DNA of 64,000 bases, taken from contig JAZLJO010000005.1 of the NCBI GenBank assembly GCA_045617905.1, positions 18,211-82,210 of the forward strand. The letters run 5' to 3'. The position numbers and the translations under genes are program-made. The notes below the pieces were generated by a model. The model searched no databases, was not told where the DNA came from, and saw only the letters and a program-made list of their open reading frames with translations. Shown here one piece after another: positions 19,005-27,929 of the stretch. Source of the stretch: Candidatus Enterousia sp. GTDB lineage: Bacteria; Pseudomonadota; Alphaproteobacteria; Rs-D84. Numbering within the stretch: the stretch's first letter is position 1; the number at the start of each line of letters is the position of its first letter.

Positions 19005-19960
19005 AATTGCCCCTTTATTAATTCAATTACCTTTGACCGAACATTTTCTAAATTATCTTCTGTCACAACCGCACCGGCTGCAAACAAATGTCCACCGCCA
19101 CCAAAGGCGGCCGCAATATGGTTAACCGGTTTTGTTTTGCCCCGCAAAGATATACCAATCTGATTATCTTTTTGTTCTTTTAATAAAACAATGTATTCAA
19201 CACCAGCAATTTGTCCCAACAAATTTAAAATAATATCACCACGACCGTCCAGATTTTTATAGTCTTGTTTTGATACAACCGCAACCGCAACTTGACCATC
19301 ACATATAAATTCAGCATTAGAAACAATCGCTGCTTCGGTTTGAACCGTACTGCGCGGTTTATTATTCAAGCCTGTGGCCAATTTATCAATATTAACCCCA
19401 AAATCAACTAAATCTGCCATTATGCGTAAAACATGACCATGACGTGAGTATCTGAAAAAACCAGTATCTGTCAAAATTGAAACAGCCAATAAGTCCAATA
19501 CAGCCTTGTCGTATTTCCATTTTTGATTATACATTATGTCAAAAATAATTTCACCCGTTGCGGCTGCCGAATCGTTATTCAAACATAATTTTGCAACATT
19601 ATCACTTTCGTGTTTATGATGATCAATTTCAACTGTATCACGTGCCGCATCCAATATTGTCAACGTTCCACCAATATTACGTTTTGTTCCATAATCTAAA
19701 ACTATGGCTAAATCAAATGGGACCGCAGAATCAATTTTTTCAAAATATTTTATATGATGTCTGTCTGGAACATTGTCTAAACAATCAGGAATATTTCCAT
19801 CATATATACAAACTGGATTAATTCCAAAATTCAAATATATCAAACGTGACAATGCCAAAACACTGCATAATGCATCACCATCTGGATTTTTATGCGCAAA
19901 CAATGCGATTGTTTTTGCCGCACGAATTTTTTCAATCAAAATTTTTATTTCATTATCCAT
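19001..19960 (-). CDS. nrnA: DHH/DHHA1 phosphoesterase (NrnA-like nanoRNase/pAp phosphatase)
   Basis: HKNPDGDALCS, EIDHHKHE, and C-terminal GGGGHLFAAGA. Confidence 0.8.
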   Translation of the reverse strand: MDNEIKILIEKIRAAKTIALFAHKNPDGDALCSVLALSRLIYLNFGINPVCIYDGNIPDCLDNVPDRHHIKYFEKIDSAVPFDLAIVLDYGTKRNIGGTLTILDAARDTVEIDHHKHESDNVAKLCLNNDSAAATGEIIFDIMYNQKWKYDKAVLDLLAVSILTDTGFFRYSRHGHVLRIMADLVDFGVNIDKLATGLNNKPRSTVQTEAAIVSNAEFICDGQVAVAVVSKQDYKNLDGRGDIILNLLGQIAGVEYIVLLKEQKDNQIGISLRGKTKPVNHIAAAFGGGGHLFAAGAVVTEDNLENVRSKVIELIKGQL

Positions 19961-19968
19961 ACTAGTTT

Positions 19969-21732
19969 TTATATTGCAATATCTTCTAAATAAAATTGGG
20001 CATTAATACGACCATTGTATTCGTTTTCTTTTAATTGGCCCAACATCATTATTTTAGTATTTATGTTTGCATCGTCCAGTAAAAAATCACCAACCGGGGT
20101 CCCCACCAAATTAAATCCAACAAATGGCAATTGACCACCCGAACTGGTTATAACGGTTCCACGCAAATGTGCCCCGCCCCCCATTACAGATGCATACTTT
20201 AATATTCCACCATGCAGAATCAACACAGGTTCTGGATTTCCCTGTCCAAACGGTTCCAATGCATTCAAACGCTTAACCAAATTCATGGTTGCACCACCCG
20301 CATCTATATCTGCATCTGCAACAACCTGTGGCGGCGGCATCTGACCACCAAATGCATCACGGACGGCATTTTCTAAAAATTCACGAAAAACTGTTTCATT
20401 TTCCACAGGTAATGAAAAACCCGCAGCGGCGGCATGCCCGCCACCTTCGGAAATAACGCCCGATGCCAACGCATCGTGTATTATTTTTCCCAAATCAATT
20501 CCTGGAATCGAACGACCTGAACCATTTATAATTCCATCACACCGCGTTGCAACACATGATGGTAAATTATATTTATCCTTTAATCGGCCTGCAATTATTC
20601 CCATCACACCACCATGCCAATTATCACCACAAACAAACAAACTGTGGTTTCCTGCATCGCAACATTTTTTTGCCTGATCTGTGGCATCAATCATTATCGC
20701 ATTTTGAATATTGATTCTTTCTTGATTCATTTTATGCAATTGTTGTGCCAAATCGTTGGCAATTAATGGATTATCCGTTAACAATAAATCCAAGGCTGGA
20801 TCTGCTGAATCCAAACGACCGGCGGCATTCAAACGTGGGCCCAATGCAAACCCTGCGGCATACACGGTTGGTTTCTTTATTTCAGACACATCCATTAACG
20901 TTTTTAATCCCAAATTTTGACGTAATCCTAAAATTTTTAATCCGGTTGTAACAAATGCACGATTTAATTCAATTAACGGCATTGTATCGCATATCGTCCC
21001 CAGCGCAACACAATCCATATAATTCATCAAATTTAAATCATTCACCCGTCCACACATTTGTTCATCCAGGGAACGTGTTTTTAATTCACGCCGCAATGCA
21101 ACCAATGTTAAAAATGCAACACCAACACCCGCCAAATATTTCAATCCAGATGTATCATCATTACGTTTTGGATTAACAACAGCATCCGCCTGCGGAATAA
21201 CAGAATCAGGTGAATGATGATCCGTTATTACAACACTCATTCCCAATTTTTTGGCGTTTTCAACCTCTTTACAACCACTGATACCACAATCAACCGTTAT
21301 CAACAATCGTGCACCACTGGCATATAAATCATTAACTGCGGCGATATTTAACCCATACCCTTCGCCTTCACGCGTCGGCAAATGCCAAATAACATCAGCA
21401 CCAATATCACGTAAAAATTTAACAAATATTGCAGTTGCCGTAATGCCATCAACATCATAATCACCATATATTGCGATTTTTTCACCACGTGCAATAAAAT
21501 CTGCAATTATGCGTACGGCCAAATCCATATCCGTCAAAACACTGGGGTCAGGCATATATTCTTTGATACTTGGGTTTAAAAAACGCTCACGACCTGCGGC
21601 ATCTGAAACCCCACGATTCGCCAAAATATTTTCTATCAAAACATCAATATCATCGGGATTATTCGTATTGTTCAAATAATCCGCCACCATCCATGTTTGT
21701 CCCGACATGGATTTATCAACAATCTTTCTCAC
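19969..21732 (-). CDS. recJ: Single-stranded-DNA-specific exonuclease RecJ
   Basis: 587 aa. IYGDYDVDGITA, ITVDCG, VITDHH, GGGHAAAAG. Confidence 0.95.
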   Translation of the reverse strand: MRKIVDKSMSGQTWMVADYLNNTNNPDDIDVLIENILANRGVSDAAGRERFLNPSIKEYMPDPSVLTDMDLAVRIIADFIARGEKIAIYGDYDVDGITATAIFVKFLRDIGADVIWHLPTREGEGYGLNIAAVNDLYASGARLLITVDCGISGCKEVENAKKLGMSVVITDHHSPDSVIPQADAVVNPKRNDDTSGLKYLAGVGVAFLTLVALRRELKTRSLDEQMCGRVNDLNLMNYMDCVALGTICDTMPLIELNRAFVTTGLKILGLRQNLGLKTLMDVSEIKKPTVYAAGFALGPRLNAAGRLDSADPALDLLLTDNPLIANDLAQQLHKMNQERINIQNAIMIDATDQAKKCCDAGNHSLFVCGDNWHGGVMGIIAGRLKDKYNLPSCVATRCDGIINGSGRSIPGIDLGKIIHDALASGVISEGGGHAAAAGFSLPVENETVFREFLENAVRDAFGGQMPPPQVVADADIDAGGATMNLVKRLNALEPFGQGNPEPVLILHGGILKYASVMGGGAHLRGTVITSSGGQLPFVGFNLVGTPVGDFLLDDANINTKIMMLGQLKENEYNGRINAQFYLEDIAI

Positions 21733-21779
21733 GGTTCTGCACTCTTATTAATTATTATCGGTGATATTATAATCAAAAA

Positions 21780-23426
21780 TTATTCAAATAGCAACGGCAG
21801 TATTCCATCCAAGATTTTTCCTGCGGTTGGCACAGCATTCCAGGCTGCTGTTTTCCAGCCCCCAGATTCCCGGGTTCCCTTTGGTTCATCTAAAATTATT
21901 AACATTGTGTATTGCGGGGCCTCTATGGGGAATACGCCTGCAAAAACTGTCAAATTACGGTTCGGATCGACCCGACCTTTGTCATCATATTTTTCAGCGG
22001 TCCCTGTTTTTCCACCAATTTTTATTCCGGCAACACGTGCCATTCGACCGGTTGTTTCTTCGGCAATACGGAACATTACACCACGCAACCGTTTTGAAAT
22101 TTCAGAATCTAAAACACGTTCCCCATTAACCGCCCCCAACGTTCGTTTTTGCAATGTTGGCAAAATGTATATTCCACCATTTGTCATTGCGTTTATCCCC
22201 AACAGCAAATGCATTGGTGTTACCGCAATACCGTGTCCATATGATGCGACCGCCCGTTCCACCGGCCCCCATTTTCCAGGTAATTTTGGTTCGATTGTTT
22301 GCCCAAAGTCCATTTCTAATTTTTTATCAAAATGTAATCTATGAAAGAAATCTTGTTGTGTTCCATTTGGTAAATCCAACGCAATTTGGGCACTGCCAAC
22401 ATTACATGAATGTAACATTATTTCTTCAATTGTTAAATATGGACGCGGTGGTTTAAAACTGCGTATATCTTTGATTGTTTCAACAATCCGCCCCGCATTA
22501 TTTCTGATTTTATATGGTTCTTGAACATAATATTCTTTGGTTACACCATTTTCCATCGCCATGGCAGTATTAAATACCTTAAACACCGACCCCATTTCAT
22601 ATCGGCCACGCAATAAATTAAAACTTTGATTTACAGGATCTAATTGAACCATTGCCAACATTTCACCCGTCCGGGAATTCATCAACAACCCCATCGCCGC
22701 CTTAGCTTGGTATTTATCCATTGCAATTGACAAATTATCATAAAATACGGTTTGTATTCTGGAATCTAATGATAAACGTAATGGGTCTGTATTTTCTTTT
22801 AGATATTTGTCGTACATCATTTCAATTCCACGACCAACCGTTTTACCACGTTCATTAACATCCGTAAAACCAATTACTGGTGCGAATAATTGCCCTTTGG
22901 GATGTTTACGTGTTTCATACGGTTCAAACAACAAACCTGTAACCATTGTATCTTTATTCATGTTCGCGATTTTCATCGCATTTGACATATTTTCATATTC
23001 TGCGTCTGTTGCATCTAATTTTAATCTGATGTGGGTCCTATCCGATTTGACAAGATTTAATGCATCTGAAAAAGAATATTTATTTGGGAAAACATTATGA
23101 ATTACCGTTGCAACATTATTTTCCAGGTGTTTTTTCTGCACCTCTTTCGGACGCAACGAAATATGTCTGCCGATAACCGTCTTTGCCAATATATCACCAT
23201 TACGGTCAACTATATCCGCACGATTTGCAGTCCATGTTACGTTTTTCATAGATTTACGCGATACTTCAATACCTTCGATTGCCAAAAATAATGTATAAAA
23301 TATAAGTCCAATAAACACCCATAAACATATCCAATAAATCCATTTAAGCCGCACATACGCAGAATCATCCACATTTTTTCGCACAGAATTATAATATTTT
23401 GATACGTCTTGACCAACATTAAACAT
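21780..23426 (-). CDS. ftsI: Penicillin-binding protein, FtsI/PBP3-type transpeptidase
   Basis: N-terminal TM helix, PBP dimerisation region, catalytic-type motif MGSVFKV, downstream GKTGTAEK. Immediately downstream of an FtsL-like gene. Start moved to MFNVGQ (ATG 23426). Confidence 0.85.
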   Translation of the reverse strand: MFNVGQDVSKYYNSVRKNVDDSAYVRLKWIYWICLWVFIGLIFYTLFLAIEGIEVSRKSMKNVTWTANRADIVDRNGDILAKTVIGRHISLRPKEVQKKHLENNVATVIHNVFPNKYSFSDALNLVKSDRTHIRLKLDATDAEYENMSNAMKIANMNKDTMVTGLLFEPYETRKHPKGQLFAPVIGFTDVNERGKTVGRGIEMMYDKYLKENTDPLRLSLDSRIQTVFYDNLSIAMDKYQAKAAMGLLMNSRTGEMLAMVQLDPVNQSFNLLRGRYEMGSVFKVFNTAMAMENGVTKEYYVQEPYKIRNNAGRIVETIKDIRSFKPPRPYLTIEEIMLHSCNVGSAQIALDLPNGTQQDFFHRLHFDKKLEMDFGQTIEPKLPGKWGPVERAVASYGHGIAVTPMHLLLGINAMTNGGIYILPTLQKRTLGAVNGERVLDSEISKRLRGVMFRIAEETTGRMARVAGIKIGGKTGTAEKYDDKGRVDPNRNLTVFAGVFPIEAPQYTMLIILDEPKGTRESGGWKTAAWNAVPTAGKILDGILPLLFE

Positions 23427-23430
23427 AATA

Positions 23431-23727
23431 TTAATTCCCCGATGAACGCAACGGTATTTCATTAATAGATACTGTTTTTACAAAACCGATTGTTTCGGCA
23501 TTTGGGACAATCATTGTAACAACATTACGTAAATTTTCCGCTTGAACACTGGCTGCGAATAATGTTTGATTCGCGGCAATTTCTTGCTGAACACCTTCGA
23601 TTTCTTTGCGAATATTGCGAAGTTTCTTATCCTGATTACTGTAACATATTTGTAAAACCTGGGTCAGCAAAAGAACACCAAACAATGCATACATACCAAT
23701 TTTAAATAATTTTTCATCTGCTGACAT
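23431..23727 (-). CDS. ftsL: FtsL-like cell division protein (TM helix plus coiled coil)
   Basis: 98 aa with a single TM helix (MYALFGVLLLTQVL) followed by a heptad-like region. Positioned directly upstream of ftsI. Confidence 0.55.
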   Translation of the reverse strand: MSADEKLFKIGMYALFGVLLLTQVLQICYSNQDKKLRNIRKEIEGVQQEIAANQTLFAASVQAENLRNVVTMIVPNAETIGFVKTVSINEIPLRSSGN

Positions 23728-23763
23728 TTTCCCCCCATCTGATTTTATTCACACAACAGTGTA

Positions 23764-24138
23764 TCATAAATTTTGTAAAAAACGAATCATAGAATTAACA
23801 CCGTTTATTCGTCCAGCACCCAGATTCAAATTCAGTGATGAAAATTCTGATTTTAAATCCATTTTACGTATTTGTTCTGGCGTCTTTCCGTCAACCATAG
23901 CAGTTAAAATTGCCACAATACCACGAACTAATACCGAATCGGCGGTACCATAAAAATTATTATCCATACGACAAATTTGAACCCGAGATGCACACCCAGC
24001 AATTTCTGAACAATTTGCCCCATCAGGCACAGTCCCTATATGTGCACCAAAATCCATAACCAATTCTAAACGTTCAACGGGATCGGTCGTCAACAATAAC
24101 ATTTGCTTGATTTGTTCATATGTCATATTTATTACCAT
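23764..24138 (-). CDS. sufE: SufE-family sulfur acceptor
   Basis: 124 aa. ...IAGCASRVQ...DSVLVRGIVAIL...GRINGVNSMIRF. ATG overlaps the stop of the upstream gene (ATGGTAA). Confidence 0.8.
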   Translation of the reverse strand: MVINMTYEQIKQMLLLTTDPVERLELVMDFGAHIGTVPDGANCSEIAGCASRVQICRMDNNFYGTADSVLVRGIVAILTAMVDGKTPEQIRKMDLKSEFSSLNLNLGAGRINGVNSMIRFLQNL

Positions 24139-24446
24139 CCCTGTTCTGTTAAGTCTAATTCCAATTTGGCGGCATCAGACATTCTTGATAAATCCCACGC
24201 AGGTTCCCACACCAACTCAACACGCACCACACGTCCCCCAGATACAGATGCAACACTGTCACGAACTTGGGTCAACAACTCTTCCATCATCGGGCATGTC
24301 GGGCTGGTAAATGTCATTGTAATTACAATTTCGCTTTGATTTATCGCAATATCATAAACCAATCCCAAATCCCATATATTTACAGGTATTTCCGGATCAT
24401 ATACATTACGTAATGCCGAAATAACATCCGATTGTGTTACATCCAT
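24132..24446 (-). CDS. sufT: DUF59/MIP18-family Fe-S assembly protein (SufT-like)
   Basis: 104 aa. VYDPEIPVNIWDLGLVY...TSPTCPM motif. Confidence 0.8.
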   Translation of the reverse strand: MDVTQSDVISALRNVYDPEIPVNIWDLGLVYDIAINQSEIVITMTFTSPTCPMMEELLTQVRDSVASVSGGRVVRVELVWEPAWDLSRMSDAAKLELDLTEQGW

Positions 24447-24447
24447 C

Positions 24448-25557
24448 TTATTTTACCACCCTGTTTATTATATTTACTGCATTTTCAATATCAGCAATCG
24501 TATTCCAATTACCAACAGATATACGTGCACTGCCAGATATTCCTAATTTATTATGAACCCACGTCGCACACATATTCCCAATACGCATACACACACCATA
24601 CGCCCCAACCAATGCACCAAAATCCAAAACATGCATACCATCAATAACAAACGACAAAATTGCTGCGTTTCGTGATGTTAATATCTGAATACGTGGATTT
24701 TTTTGCAACAAATCGTGTGCATGTTGTATCAACCCTAAATCTGGACGATTTGATTTAATACAATCAATCGCAATCGGCAATCCAGAAATCTGTGTTAACG
24801 GCAAAGTTCCTGCTTCGAATTTATCTGGGGATATATTTTCAATCCAATCCATCTCACCCGTTATTTTATTAACCATACCCCCACCAAATTTATCTGAATT
24901 CCACCGATCTGGTTGGCGAATATACATTATTCCTAATCCCGTATCTGCACCTATTTTATGACCAGAAAAACAAATAAAATCCGCCCCCCATTTTTTTGCA
25001 TCAATCACAGAATGCACGATATATTGGGCGGCATCAACGATTGATATAATATTTGGATTTTTTTTACGTGCCATCTCAATTATTTTGGCAACATCCTGTG
25101 CCACGCCCATCACATTTGACATTGCAGTTATAACAATGATATCTGCATTTGGAATTTGATTAACATCAATATTACATTCACAATCCAATGGTAACTCGGA
25201 AATTTTACATTTTCCACAACGTGCCAATGCCATCCACGGCATACGTGCACTGTGATGTTCCAAGGCAGATACCAAAACTGTTCCAATATTTGAAACAGTA
25301 TTTTTAATTATGTTAACGATTCTGTTTAAACCATCTGTTGCACCAGATGTAAAAACAATTTGTTCAAAATTGGCCCCAATAAAATCCGCAACACTTTGAC
25401 GTGCATACGCAACCATGTTGTCAACCGCAACCGCACGTTCACACACACCACGACCCGCATTAGCATATTCATTATTCAAAAAATCAGATTGTCTTTTTAT
25501 AACAGATTCTGGCTTTAAAAATGATGCAGCGGCATCTAAGTATATGATTTTATTCAT
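24448..25557 (-). CDS. sufS: Cysteine desulfurase (SufS/class V aminotransferase)
   Basis: IYLDAAAS..., FSGHKIGADTGLG (PLP Lys), C-terminal ...GSARISVGNWNT. Start moved to MNKIIYLD. The upstream 38 codons of the ORF look like read-through. Confidence 0.85.
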   Translation of the reverse strand: MNKIIYLDAAASFLKPESVIKRQSDFLNNEYANAGRGVCERAVAVDNMVAYARQSVADFIGANFEQIVFTSGATDGLNRIVNIIKNTVSNIGTVLVSALEHHSARMPWMALARCGKCKISELPLDCECNIDVNQIPNADIIVITAMSNVMGVAQDVAKIIEMARKKNPNIISIVDAAQYIVHSVIDAKKWGADFICFSGHKIGADTGLGIMYIRQPDRWNSDKFGGGMVNKITGEMDWIENISPDKFEAGTLPLTQISGLPIAIDCIKSNRPDLGLIQHAHDLLQKNPRIQILTSRNAAILSFVIDGMHVLDFGALVGAYGVCMRIGNMCATWVHNKLGISGSARISVGNWNTIADIENAVNIINRVVK

Positions 25558-25630
25558 TTTATGTTTTCTCTTGCTTTTTATTATGATTATAATACACTCG
25601 ATTGAAATAGCAACACCAAAGGAGAAAAAG

Positions 25631-25951
25631 ATGGCTGTACAACATGCAAATGATGACAATTTTGCAAACATGCTGGGGGATGGATTAACATTGGTTGATT
25701 TCTGGGCAACATGGTGCGGTCCATGCCGTATGTTTGGTCCAATATTTGAATCTGTTTCAGATCAAATTACAGATGTTAATTTTATAAAGTTTGAAATTGA
25801 TGAAACAAACAGACGGACACCTGCAAAATATGGCATTCGTAGCATTCCATGCGTAATGGCATTTAAAAATGGTGATTTGGTAGAAACACGTACTGGGGTT
25901 ATGGACCCAGATACATTAATGGGTTGGATTAAAGAATTACAGGGGGCCTAA
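25631..25951 (+). CDS. trxA: Thioredoxin
   Basis: 106 aa. DFWATWCGPCRM active site, AAGGAG RBS 8 nt upstream. The 178-aa ORF-track version is an upstream over-extension. Confidence 0.9.
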   Translation: MAVQHANDDNFANMLGDGLTLVDFWATWCGPCRMFGPIFESVSDQITDVNFIKFEIDETNRRTPAKYGIRSIPCVMAFKNGDLVETRTGVMDPDTLMGWIKELQGA

Positions 25952-25955
25952 GTCA

Positions 25956-26384
25956 ATGGCAAATACAAATTATAAAACATTAGAATTACCGCCAAAGTAT
26001 GTTCCAAAAAAGTCTGAAACATACATGTGTCCACAACATTTGGCATATTTTTACCAAATTTTAATGGCACAGAAAGAAGAATTAACTGCTGAAAAAAATG
26101 ACGTATTGAACGCTGTTCGTATGGCGGATAAATCTGAAAATGAAGGTGTCGGCGACGATTCAGACAGTGCAACATTCGAACAAGAAATTACAATGAATTT
26201 GCGTATGTCTGAACGTGACAATAATTTATTAAATAAAATTAACGCCGCATTGGAACGCATGGAAAATGGAACCTTTGGGTTCAGCGTTGTATCCGGCGAA
26301 GAAATCGGTCTGTCACGTATGTTGGCCCGCCCATTGGCAACAATGACAACCGAAGAACAAGAAGAATATGAAATGCGTAAATAA
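25956..26384 (+). CDS. dksA: DksA/TraR-family RNA polymerase-binding regulator, Cys-less variant
   Basis: 142 aa. Coiled-coil region with acidic tip (GVGDDSDSATFE), C-terminal ...GTFGFSVVSGEEIGLSRMLARPLATMT. This aligns with the DksA zinc-finger region but has no Cys. Confidence 0.8.
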   Translation: MANTNYKTLELPPKYVPKKSETYMCPQHLAYFYQILMAQKEELTAEKNDVLNAVRMADKSENEGVGDDSDSATFEQEITMNLRMSERDNNLLNKINAALERMENGTFGFSVVSGEEIGLSRMLARPLATMTTEEQEEYEMRK

Positions 26385-26408
26385 AAAACGCCCAATTGGG
26401 CGTTTTTT
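26383..26408. terminator. Bidirectional rho-independent terminator
   Basis: AAAAAACGCCCAATTGGGCGTTTTTT. Confidence 0.8.
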
Positions 26409-26410
26409 AT

Positions 26411-26626
26411 TTAGGACCTGATTTTTTCCATTGCGAACACACCGCTATATTGTGAACACAATTCATTATATTTATTTTTAGCTGCTACAACATCATGCAT
26501 ATGGTATGTTGTGCAGACTGGCCTACCACCACTAAACGCATATTCACGCCATATTCTCACACTGGAATCACACAATTCGATTCCGTGTACTTTGACAACA
26601 TCACTTCTGCTGATACTATGTGACAT
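26411..26626 (-). CDS. Hypothetical small protein (71 aa)
   Basis: ORF with an AAGGA RBS 6 nt upstream, packed between tatA and a terminator. No recognisable motif. Confidence 0.4.
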   Translation of the reverse strand: MSHSISRSDVVKVHGIELCDSSVRIWREYAFSGGRPVCTTYHMHDVVAAKNKYNELCSQYSGVFAMEKIRS

Positions 26627-26642
26627 TTATTTTTTCCTTATT

Positions 26643-26855
26643 TTACTTTCGTTTTTTTACCGATTGCTTTTTGGTAACATTTTTCTTTGTTGCCGTTTTG
26701 GCCGTCTGTTTTTCGGTTTTGGTATTTTTTAATTCGTTTTTGAATATATTTATACCACTGGCAACGTTCTTCATCATACCAGGAATTTTGTTATATCCGA
26801 ACAAAATCATAATCAGAACAACAATTACCAATATTTCCAGCCAACCAAGTCTCAT
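26643..26855 (-). CDS. tatA: Twin-arginine translocase subunit TatA/E
   Basis: MRLGWLEILVIVVLIMILFGYNKIPGMMKNVASGI, followed by a lysine-rich tail. Start moved to an internal ATG. Confidence 0.8.
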   Translation of the reverse strand: MRLGWLEILVIVVLIMILFGYNKIPGMMKNVASGINIFKNELKNTKTEKQTAKTATKKNVTKKQSVKKRK

Positions 26856-26869
26856 GTTAAATCCTTTTG

Positions 26870-27637
26870 TTATTTCGCGACATAACAATCCAGACCGTCA
26901 GATTTTGCATTGCGACAAAAACCATTTGCTAATTCTGACGTTTGGAATGCAACACGTAATCTGTGTGTTGTATTGCCATTTGATAAACGTGCCGCCAATA
27001 TTACGAATTGTTTATCTTGGAACAATCCGGCATGTGCCGAACGCATCTGACGCCCTGCATTTTCTGCTGCTGCGTGGGTGCTGTATGAACCAAACTGAAC
27101 ATACCAAGAACCATTTGATGCTTTAACCGTTTTCTGTGTTGTTGCAGTTTTTGTTGTTTTTACAACTGGTTTGGTTACAGTTTTTTCTGGGTTAAATGTA
27201 ACATTTTTACGTTCTTCGACGACACGGACTGGAACACCCGTATCTTCTGTTGTAACGACTGGTTTTGAAACAGTTTTTTCCTGTACAGTTTGTATATTTG
27301 TTTCAACTGCTTTGTTATCCACAGGTTTTGCTGGGCCTTTATCTGTCGCAACAGGTTCTGCCTCTTTATTTTCTGGCATCGGTTGAACTGCTGGCAAATT
27401 ATCCCCATCAATTACAACAGCCGGTGCATCCAAATCAACCTGCATAGAAGATGATGAATCACCACCAATTGTTCGAACAATAATATACGTTGCCAAAACA
27501 ATAACCCCCAAACCAACCCCCAACAATAACCATGGTTTTTTGGGGCGTGGTGTTGAAAATGGTGTTGCATCCGGCAACACATCCAAAGACGTATCGTCGT
27601 CCAAATCTAATAAATCTAAATTGTTATCTTCATTCAT
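26870..27637 (-). CDS. SPOR domain-containing membrane protein
   Basis: One TM helix, a low-complexity linker, and a C-terminal SPOR-like WYVQFGSYSTHAAAENAGRQM...RLRVAF. Confidence 0.75.
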   Translation of the reverse strand: MNEDNNLDLLDLDDDTSLDVLPDATPFSTPRPKKPWLLLGVGLGVIVLATYIIVRTIGGDSSSSMQVDLDAPAVVIDGDNLPAVQPMPENKEAEPVATDKGPAKPVDNKAVETNIQTVQEKTVSKPVVTTEDTGVPVRVVEERKNVTFNPEKTVTKPVVKTTKTATTQKTVKASNGSWYVQFGSYSTHAAAENAGRQMRSAHAGLFQDKQFVILAARLSNGNTTHRLRVAFQTSELANGFCRNAKSDGLDCYVAK

Positions 27638-27683
27638 AGAATCCCTCCGTTAAATGTTAGTTACGTGTATTATACCATAAAAA

Positions 27684-27711
27684 ATACCATATAACAAACG
27701 TCATATGGTAT
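27684..27711 (-). terminator. Hairpin terminator after the small lipoprotein gene
   Basis: ATACCATAT-10 nt-ATATGGTAT with a T-run on the minus strand. A TATAAT-like box and a GGAGGG RBS for the SPOR gene follow. Confidence 0.6.
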
Positions 27712-27722
27712 ATTTTTTCGTT

Positions 27723-27863
27723 TTATTTTGGCATATTACCAAAATTAGGCGGAACAATTAACTTATGATTTTCTGCAACAACGGGTTCTGTTTCGCATTT
27801 ACCAACACACCCCGACAAAAATGGAAAAACCGCCAGTGCTAATAACAATATTGTTTTTTTCAT
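27723..27863 (-). CDS. Small lipoprotein (46 aa)
   Basis: MKKTILLLALAVFPFLSGC lipobox. Start moved to an internal ATG. Confidence 0.45.
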   Translation of the reverse strand: MKKTILLLALAVFPFLSGCVGKCETEPVVAENHKLIVPPNFGNMPK

Positions 27864-27929
27864 ATTTCTTATCCCCCTTAGCATTTTTACAATTTGTATA
27901 TGGCGTGTTATCACACGCCATACCTTTTA

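Noticed and set aside
25415-25630. N-terminal extensions in ORF-track entries: the 178-aa thioredoxin ORF, the 407-aa SufS ORF, and the extensions of ruvX, ftsI, lptF/G, xerD and tatA.
   Set aside because: The extensions overlap neighbouring genes or divergent promoter regions and lack homology. Internal ATGs with RBS give canonical protein lengths.
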